In this document: piece after piece, positions 26,493 to 33,413 of the stretch
Position numbering within the stretch: the stretch's first letter is position 1
Layout: every line of letters begins with the position of its first letter
DNA from: Candidatus Aenigmatarchaeota archaeon
Lineage (GTDB): Archaea; Aenigmatarchaeota; Aenigmatarchaeia; CG10238-14; SCSR01
Direction of reading: 5' to 3'
Length of the DNA: 33,413 nucleotides
Assembly (NCBI GenBank): GCA_039000685.1
Contig: JAWBNW010000003.1
Coordinates: forward strand, 1 to 33,413
Notes under the pieces: model-generated
Database searches by the model: none
Told to the model about the DNA's origin: nothing
The model's input: only the letters and a program-made list of their open reading frames with translations
Translations under genes and position numbers: made by a program

Positions 26493-26909
26493 TCAACCAG
26501 CCTTTCTTTCTTCCATCATTTTCCTTATTTCTTCTCCCAATTCTTTCAGTCCAGAAGAAAACTGGTTTATAGCAGCTTCTATGTTTGCTATTGATTGTGA
26601 AAGCTCTTCTTTCCTCTTTTGCAAGATTTGTTTTCCCTCTTCTAAGCTTTTTTCGATTGCAACATTTGCTCCAACCTCAACTATTATTTTATCCTTTTCA
26701 ACTATTTTGCAAGGAATGTATGTTTGCGAGCCAAGTGAGAAAAGAACATCATCACCTTTATTCTTCAACTCTTCTATCCCATTTATACTTTCTTCTATTT
26801 CCATCAAACTCTTGATCAAAGCCTCTCTCTGCTTGAGCAGGCTTTCTATCTTAGCCTCTATTAGTCTATGAATCATTATCTTTTCTTGCAATTCTCTTTC
26901 ATCATCCAT
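26493..26909 (-). CDS. pfdA: Prefoldin subunit alpha
   Basis: Coiled coils flanking IIVEVGANVAIEK. Synteny with ftsY. Confidence 0.93.
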   Translation of the reverse strand: MDDERELQEKIMIHRLIEAKIESLLKQREALIKSLMEIEESINGIEELKNKGDDVLFSLGSQTYIPCKIVEKDKIIVEVGANVAIEKSLEEGKQILQKRKEELSQSIANIEAAINQFSSGLKELGEEIRKMMEERKAG

Positions 26910-26950
26910 AACATCACAATTTAATTTGAGCTATTGACTTAATAAATAAT

Positions 26951-27427
26951 ATGAAGATAAAACTGTTAATCTTTTCATTACTTTTCATGTTTTTATTGTT
27001 TGCTCTTTCCATGGCTTCAAATCCTGGCACTGTAACGATTGCCCTAAATGCAACAAAAGTTTGGTGGAATGATAGCGTGAAAGCAAGTGGAATTGCCAAA
27101 TATTCAAACGGAACAGGAATAAGCGGTACTGTTAATTTAACTGTTGATGGCATTAGCCATTCTTGTCCTTCCACGGATGTTAATGGCAATTGGAATTGTA
27201 CATTCAACGCTCCACTAAAAATTGGTTCCTTTCTTGTAACAGTCACGGTCACGAATGCCACAGACCACCAATTCCAGAATTCCACTTTTTTGTCAGTTTC
27301 TCCTCACTATGGTAAAACACCCATAGGCTCAATCACAAGAGTTGTTTATGAATTACCTGTGTTGATTCAAGACTTGAATGGTGAAATAAAGACTGTCTTA
27401 GCAAGGATAATTGTTTGGAAAGGCTAA
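26951..27427 (+). CDS. Secreted beta-rich (Ig-like) hypothetical protein
   Basis: Signal peptide, TDVNGNWNCTF and multiple N-x-S/T sequons. Confidence 0.7.
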   Translation: MKIKLLIFSLLFMFLLFALSMASNPGTVTIALNATKVWWNDSVKASGIAKYSNGTGISGTVNLTVDGISHSCPSTDVNGNWNCTFNAPLKIGSFLVTVTVTNATDHQFQNSTFLSVSPHYGKTPIGSITRVVYELPVLIQDLNGEIKTVLARIIVWKG

Positions 27428-27487
27428 TTTTTACTTGCTTAGTAAGTTCAAAATTTATATTAAAGCTTTTTCTTCAACTTCTAAAAC

Positions 27488-28216
27488 ATGCCGATAATAA
27501 CAGTTTTCACTTTTGAAAATTTGCCAAATGTTAGAGAAGTAATTAAGATTTTGGACAAGAAGAGAAATGGAAGCAATTGGCTCACAGCAAAAGAAAGCAA
27601 GTATAGCAAAGGAGAAGTTTTCTTGCAGTATTGGTACTATGAAGATGTGGAAACAGCTTTAAAACAAGCTATGAGTGAAGAGGATGTTTATGAAATAGTC
27701 TCTTTTTTAAAAAATAATGGAAAGCAAAAAGTTTTGAAAAGAACTTATTGCTTCATAAACCTTTTGTTCAAGACTTTAGAAATTTACCGAGGTCCAGATC
27801 AAAAAACTCAAGAAATAGTTTCTTTTCTTGAAAGCTTATTAAATGTTAAATTCAAACCAATAACCCTCAACTCAAAACAACTTCAAGAAATTTATTTAAA
27901 TCACGCAACAGAACTTAAACAAGCTATGTTCAAACATGTTGATGGTTTGGTTTACGAAATTCTTAAAGCAGATTCTCTGGAAAAGAATGAGAAATATGTA
28001 GAATGTTTACAAAAATATCCAGAAAATTTGAGGGTGATATCTTTCAGGCCAAGAATAAAGTTCTTAAATGAGAACAATCGCTATCAGGTCACGATAAATG
28101 GAGATAAGGGGACGATAAGGCTTTCAAGCAATGAAGCTTTTAGGTGGAGACCTAGATTTGAAATAAGACAATTGATTTTTATCTTAGCCAATAGATCAGA
28201 CTTAATATTTCCTTAA
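27488..28216 (+). CDS. Hypothetical protein
   Basis: 242-aa ORF with TTTATATT upstream. No motif recognised. Confidence 0.75.
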   Translation: MPIITVFTFENLPNVREVIKILDKKRNGSNWLTAKESKYSKGEVFLQYWYYEDVETALKQAMSEEDVYEIVSFLKNNGKQKVLKRTYCFINLLFKTLEIYRGPDQKTQEIVSFLESLLNVKFKPITLNSKQLQEIYLNHATELKQAMFKHVDGLVYEILKADSLEKNEKYVECLQKYPENLRVISFRPRIKFLNENNRYQVTINGDKGTIRLSSNEAFRWRPRFEIRQLIFILANRSDLIFP

Positions 28217-28242
28217 ATATTTTTAAAAAATATGATATTTGT

Positions 28243-28953
28243 ATGACTAACACTCCCATCTCCATAATAATACCAGTCTATAATGAAGAAAAAGTTCTAG
28301 AAAAAAATTCAGAAAAAATAATAGAATACATGGAAAGAAGACACAAAAGATATGAAATAATTTTATGTGACAATGGTTCAACAGATTCAACATATGAAAA
28401 AGGAAAAAATCTTTCAAAAAAATTCAAGAGAATTAAATTTATTCAAATAGGAAAAAGAGGTGTAGGTCTAGCTTTAAAAGAGATGATAAGAAAATCTAAA
28501 TTTGAAAATATAATTTTTTTACCTATTGATATGTCATTTGATTTAAAATTCATCAAAGATGCACTTCCATTGTTAAAAAAATATGACCTGGTGATAGGCT
28601 CAAAATCTTTCAAAAAAAGTATTGTCAGAAGACCCATCACAAGAAAAATATTTTCGCTCTTCTTCAACTCTCTTGTTAACATTTTCTTTGGTTTAGGAAT
28701 TAGTGATACACAATCTGTTAAGGCTTTCAGAAAATCTAAAATTAAAAAATTGTCAGAAGAAATAGAATCCGAGGATCTTTTCTTTGATGTGGAACTTCTC
28801 ATAAAATCTAAAAAAGCTGGATTAAAGATTATAGAAATTCCAGTAATTTGCAACGATATGAGAAAGACACACTATAATATTTTAATTGACTCGGCTAGAG
28901 CATTCTTCAAATTGTTAGATTTCTGGTTTAAGACAAAGTTCATGCAGTATTAA
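28243..28953 (+). CDS. GT2 glycosyltransferase (polyprenol-phosphate sugar synthase-like)
   Basis: SIIIPVYNEE, CDNGSTDST, DTQSVKAFR, FDVELL. Confidence 0.9.
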   Translation: MTNTPISIIIPVYNEEKVLEKNSEKIIEYMERRHKRYEIILCDNGSTDSTYEKGKNLSKKFKRIKFIQIGKRGVGLALKEMIRKSKFENIIFLPIDMSFDLKFIKDALPLLKKYDLVIGSKSFKKSIVRRPITRKIFSLFFNSLVNIFFGLGISDTQSVKAFRKSKIKKLSEEIESEDLFFDVELLIKSKKAGLKIIEIPVICNDMRKTHYNILIDSARAFFKLLDFWFKTKFMQY

Positions 28954-30339
28954 GTACAATTGGCAACAAGTGAAAAAGAGATACAAAAAGAGCCAGAATT
29001 GTGATGTAGGGATAATATTCTTTATTTAAATTTGAGGATAAATTGTAAGATGTGAAAACACTCATTGCTAATATGGCTGGACTAAAAAGATTATAGTCTA
29101 GCTTGGCACCAAAATCAGGATTCCATAGTACTATGAATACGAATCCTAGCAAACAACAGATCAAGAAAAACAGACTCAATTTATCCTTTTTAAGGTCTCC
29201 CCAATTATCAATGAGAAGGGCTACCCATAAAATACTTCCTACAGGAAACATGAAGAGCAAGAGGTTTAGCTTATCCATTAAATGTTGTGATGAAAAAAAT
29301 GTGTAATTTTCATAAACAGTATTTATATTGAATAAGGGAACGAACATCGTACCATCACCACCACCAAAAGCATCACCATAAATTGGTCCATAGGTCTTGT
29401 TTTGGTTTGGTAGATATGCAAAGAACCAAAAAAATAATAAAAGGCAAGATAAGACCTAAAACAATCTTCAAGGATTCTTTTGAAAAAAGAGATCCAAAGA
29501 ACTTAACAATAGGGTGTTTAAGATATTTATTGGATTTCAATACCGGTAGAAAGAATAATGAAGGAGCTAGGATTATTGTTGATAAATGTAGTAAAGAAGC
29601 TATAGAAAAAAATAGAGCGGGTAAGATGATATCACACCTGTTTCTCAAGTAAAGCGTTGAGAATAAAAAATAGAGTAGAATTCCGGCCAGTTGTTGAGAA
29701 TGAACATCATGATCACCAAAAAATAGGAATACAATACCTTGTGTCATTATAAAAGCGAAAAAAAATCAACTTTTTGATGTTTTCTTTATACAAATTATCT
29801 GAAAGCACAAATAAGAAAAAGACAAAGATAAAACCAGAAATATTCGATACAAAAGCTATGAATGACCAGGAGTTCATAAAACCCTTAAACAAATTAAAAA
29901 GAAGATAATTGAAAAAAGTGGAAAGTGGATTACTATTTATGAACATGAGATCCTTCTCAAGCATCATCTCAAAAACCCCGGTAGCCCCGATTGGTTTCTT
30001 TGTTTGAAATTTAAAGAATACGATAAAAAACAAAGTTGAAATGATTAAGAATAAAACAAATTTAGACAATAATTTTTTGGGAAATTTTATTTTTTTAAGT
30101 TGATTGAAAACAAATGTATTAACTTTTGGTACAGCGAGGAAAAGTATCAAAACAAAGAAAAATAATCTTAATTGAAAATTTTCAAATTGGTATGATTGAA
30201 TTGACCACAGATCAATATCGCTAAAAAATGTCTTTAAATCTACTATAAAGTGATTTGTAATTATTGGGAAAATATTAAGCATAGAAAATAGGATAATGTA
30301 TGCGGCAACAAAATCTACAACTATACTAGATTTTTTCAT
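28940..30339 (-). pseudogene. Multi-TM (GT-C-like) membrane protein split by two +1 homopolymer frameshifts
   Basis: Three ORF fragments join into about 465 aa if one T is removed from T8 (29758-29765) and one from T7 (29428-29434). Confidence 0.75.
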
Positions 30340-32452
30340 GTAAACCCCTCAAAATAATAAATATCAAACAAAAAATTCCAATTAAGCTCAAGAAAGCTCC
30401 AACAATATCTGCTATGGTATTTCCATAATAAAGTTTCACTCGATTTTCTTTTGGAAATACCATCATTAGGTTTGGTGAGATCAAATAAATTTTTTCTGCT
30501 CCAATTACCTTCCAATTTGGAAAATATGGAACTTTAATTATAAGCGGCTTTCCGATACAATTTGTTTCAATTACTACTTCTTCCTCTTTCAAGTTATCAG
30601 TAATATTACAATCTTGTTCAATAACTTTTGATTCTTTCATCGCTTCATACATATTCCTAAAAACCAATTTATCTCCCGGAACCTTTATAGATTTATTTAA
30701 AACAACTATTCTGAAATAACCAAAATCAATTTTATCTGGATTGGAAACGAACACCAAAGGAATATTTATAGAATCAGAGCTAAACCACTCGTAAGATAAA
30801 GATTTCCAATCATCTGTTAAAACAAGAACTGGTTCATTTTTGGATAGCTCAACATACTTTGAATCTTCATTCAATAAATAAAATTCAAACCCATGAACAC
30901 TCTTAAGAAATCTGTAATTTCTACTCTTTTTTATCTCCTCTTTTACTTTCTCAGATGAAACTAAATAATATTTTACATTGAATAATCTAAGATGCTCTTC
31001 CCCAGAAGTTAAATTAAAATCAGGATATTTGATGGGAAATCCTGGCCACCATGTAGTTTCTGCAATTTCTTTCTGTATATAATAATAGAATGGGAATGTA
31101 AGCGAGGATTCTAGCAGCAGCCCTTCCATGACGCTCTTGTTTGTGAAAACAGGCGACACTTCAAAAACTCTTGGAGAGCCATATTTATCATAAACAGCAG
31201 AATATTCAATTATAATTCTTCCAGACTCATTCAGCTTTTTGATCTCATCCAAAACATTTTTGAATTCACTCCAAGTCGATTTTCCTTCGAGCCCCTCATA
31301 ATTCCATTTTATCCAAGATGGTATGTATGAAACATTTTTTATTAACCAAATTAAAACAATCAAAAGTACTATTAGTGGTATAAATTTTTTGAACTTTAAT
31401 GAAATTTTTTCTAAACCATCGGCTGCTAAAAGGAGTGGAAAGAAATACAAGAATGGCGCAAATCTTATGTAGAGCAAATTTAAGAATTTATTGGCAAAAA
31501 AGAACAAAAGAAAGGCAATAACAATTGTAAAACAAATGTAAAAAATTTTCATATCTTTATTCTTTATACCAATTAACATAGACAACAATGCCAAAAGATA
31601 GAAAACTGTGTAATGTTTTACGAACGCTACATTGATATCAACTTGACTCAACAATTCCTTTGGGGCAGCCGAATAATTGTATTTTAAAATAAAAGGCAAT
31701 AACCAAAAAGCCACTAAAAGAAATGATAAACCTCCAACACCAATCAAATATCTTAAACCCCCCAATTTTTTGGTTAAGATGAAGAAAGAGGATGCTAAAA
31801 ACATTAAGATAGAAGTATACGCATGAGTCAAGACGATTAAAGTTAAGACAAATACATTTAAAATAAAATATTTCTTAGTTTTAACCCCCCTGTAAAGAAG
31901 ACCAAAAAACAAGACCATTAAAGAAAAACTTATACTGTAAGAAATTTCTCCCGCAAGAGTGCTTGGTATGTTTCCTCCATAATAAGAATTCGTCTCAAGA
32001 AAAAGAAACATGAGGCTGAATACAGCTGCTATTACAGGCGTTGGGAATTTAAATTCTATCAATTTCATTGACCAATAAGTTGTGAATGGTAATAGAAAGA
32101 TTCCAAGGACACTTATTAGCTTGAATGAAATTTCGAGAGGTATCAAATAACTTAATATAGACATAGCTAAGTATGGTAATACAAAATAGAACTGAAACAT
32201 TGGTAAACCGCCGAGCCAATGAGGATACCATCCAATTAATTTTCCATGTGGTATGAGATAATTTTTAAGATAGTGTGAGAGTGTAAAGTGGGAGACCATG
32301 TCCCCACCAGAAACTGATGTTTTCAAAAGCAAAAGTTCTGGTTTGAAGTAATAAAGAAGAAAAAAGAATATGGAAATAAGCAAAGAAATATCGATAATTC
32401 TTTCAGAATTATTCTTGAAAAATTTTCTATCTATCTTTCTAACCATTTTCAT
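30326..32452 (-). CDS. Membrane protein, PTPS-related/YfhO-like (GT-C fold)
   Basis: GGDMVSH, WYPHWLGGLPMFQFY, many TM segments and C-terminal YFPNWKV. Confidence 0.8.
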   Translation of the reverse strand: MKMVRKIDRKFFKNNSERIIDISLLISIFFFLLYYFKPELLLLKTSVSGGDMVSHFTLSHYLKNYLIPHGKLIGWYPHWLGGLPMFQFYFVLPYLAMSILSYLIPLEISFKLISVLGIFLLPFTTYWSMKLIEFKFPTPVIAAVFSLMFLFLETNSYYGGNIPSTLAGEISYSISFSLMVLFFGLLYRGVKTKKYFILNVFVLTLIVLTHAYTSILMFLASSFFILTKKLGGLRYLIGVGGLSFLLVAFWLLPFILKYNYSAAPKELLSQVDINVAFVKHYTVFYLLALLSMLIGIKNKDMKIFYICFTIVIAFLLFFFANKFLNLLYIRFAPFLYFFPLLLAADGLEKISLKFKKFIPLIVLLIVLIWLIKNVSYIPSWIKWNYEGLEGKSTWSEFKNVLDEIKKLNESGRIIIEYSAVYDKYGSPRVFEVSPVFTNKSVMEGLLLESSLTFPFYYYIQKEIAETTWWPGFPIKYPDFNLTSGEEHLRLFNVKYYLVSSEKVKEEIKKSRNYRFLKSVHGFEFYLLNEDSKYVELSKNEPVLVLTDDWKSLSYEWFSSDSINIPLVFVSNPDKIDFGYFRIVVLNKSIKVPGDKLVFRNMYEAMKESKVIEQDCNITDNLKEEEVVIETNCIGKPLIIKVPYFPNWKVIGAEKIYLISPNLMMVFPKENRVKLYYGNTIADIVGAFLSLIGIFCLIFIILRGLHEKI

Positions 32453-32494
32453 TGAATATTTTTTATTATTTTAAAACTAAGTATTTCAGATTAA

Positions 32495-33413
32495 TTATAT
32501 TTTCATCACTACCCTTTTCCTTCCAATCACACCTCTCTTTCTTGTAAAAATTTTTAAAAGGCCAATATCTTCTAAATGATTCAAGAAATCTCTAAATCTC
32601 CTGTCACTTACAGGAAAATCAATTCTTTTACAGTAAATTTTATAAAGTTCGTCTGTGAAAATCTTCTTCTTTTCTTCAACAACTTGAAGTATAATTTTTT
32701 CATCCAGATTGAGCTTTTCTTTCAAAATTTCCGGCTTTATTGGCCTCACACTCATTAGAATAGCCTTAACATGAAAAATTTCAACTTTTTTTGACCCAAT
32801 CTTTTCAGCCTGTCTTCCAGCTTTAAGCAGACAATCTAATCCAATTCTAACATCTCCTCCATTTTGCACAGCATGGTTTGCTGTCAGCAAAACAACAGCA
32901 CTTTCAAAAGCAGAAAAAGCTAGCTTTGCCCTTTCTTCAAGTATATCTCTCATCTCAAGAAGAGAATAAGGTTTAAACTCCACTTCTTCTACATTTAAAC
33001 TACTTTTTACTCTTGGATCTACATTAACAAAAACAAAGGGATCATTTGAGATAAAAACCAAACCAACCGGAATTTTCACATATTGATTTAATCTTAACAA
33101 ATCATAAAGTGCACTTTTATCATGAAAAACGAGCTGATCAACTTCATCTAAGCAAATTATTAACCCTTTATCAAGCTTGTTGCAAATTTCTATTGCTCTT
33201 TCCAAAATTTCATCTTTACTCATTCCTCTCCTTTGAACAAAACTACCAAGCTCCAAAGAAATCTTACTCAAGATTGCAACAATTGTCTTATAATCCCAGC
33301 AATTTATATAAACTGTTTTTATTCCAGAATAATTTTCAAACTCACGAAAAACAAATTTTGCCGAAGCCGTCTTGCCTGTGCCCGGTGGTCCAAATATGAA
33401 AGTGTTTTGGGGA
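32495..33413 (-). CDS. cdc6: Cdc6/Orc1 replication initiator (5' end outside window)
   Basis: The frame stays open to the edge, giving GPPGTGKT and YINC upstream of the listed start, then LDEVDQL, FKPYS, GDVR and a C-terminal wHTH. Confidence 0.92.
   Translation of the reverse strand, partial: PQNTFIFGPPGTGKTASAKFVFREFENYSGIKTVYINCWDYKTIVAILSKISLELGSFVQRRGMSKDEILERAIEICNKLDKGLIICLDEVDQLVFHDKSALYDLLRLNQYVKIPVGLVFISNDPFVFVNVDPRVKSSLNVEEVEFKPYSLLEMRDILEERAKLAFSAFESAVVLLTANHAVQNGGDVRIGLDCLLKAGRQAEKIGSKKVEIFHVKAILMSVRPIKPEILKEKLNLDEKIILQVVEEKKKIFTDELYKIYCKRIDFPVSDRRFRDFLNHLEDIGLLKIFTRKRGVIGRKRVVMKI

Noticed and set aside
587-33399. Many short antisense or overlapping ORFs in the track (e.g. 600-818, 19050-19457, 23485-23931, 26344-26871, 26914-27285)
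   Set aside because: They are shadows of well-supported genes, with Phe/Ser/Leu-rich antisense composition and no motifs.
32453-33413. Replication origin next to cdc6, or a frameshift in cdc6
   Set aside because: No ORB-like repeats appear in the short downstream gap, and the upstream side is outside the window. The frame is open to the edge, so the gene is simply partial.

Overview
Archaeal DNA, inferred to be DPANN and probably Aenigmarchaeota-like. The evidence is archaeal information-processing genes, TATA boxes about 25 nt upstream of leaderless starts, and an intron-containing tRNA. The left half (1 to ~17.0 kb) is accessory. It has a long membrane-protein ORF running off the edge, two tandem AAA_14/DUF4143 ATPases with several remnants of the same family, and several pseudogenes. 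It also holds an AT-rich decayed integrated element (~5.1-13.9 kb) bounded by broken RHH/wHTH regulators and a dead tyrosine integrase. The element's intact cargo is the most striking feature: a prolyl-tRNA synthetase paralog with an altered amino-acid pocket, a MoaA-like radical SAM enzyme lacking MoaA hallmarks, a NitT/TauT-type ABC importer and a second, canonical ProRS. Next to the integrase is a gene resembling the SIRV2-fold capsid protein of filamentous archaeal viruses. A divergent TrmB pair, a VapBC pair and tRNA-Arg(GCG) follow. The right half is mostly core (Zn-ribbon protein, EF-1beta, DUF655, Rpo4, eL21, Pus10, TrmY, SRP54, FtsY, prefoldin alpha, partial Cdc6/Orc1). It is interrupted by a Cys-rich thioredoxin cassette, an orphan nucleotidyltransferase and a glycosylation cluster containing a doubly frameshifted gene. 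All family calls come from recognising motifs by eye; no searches were run.
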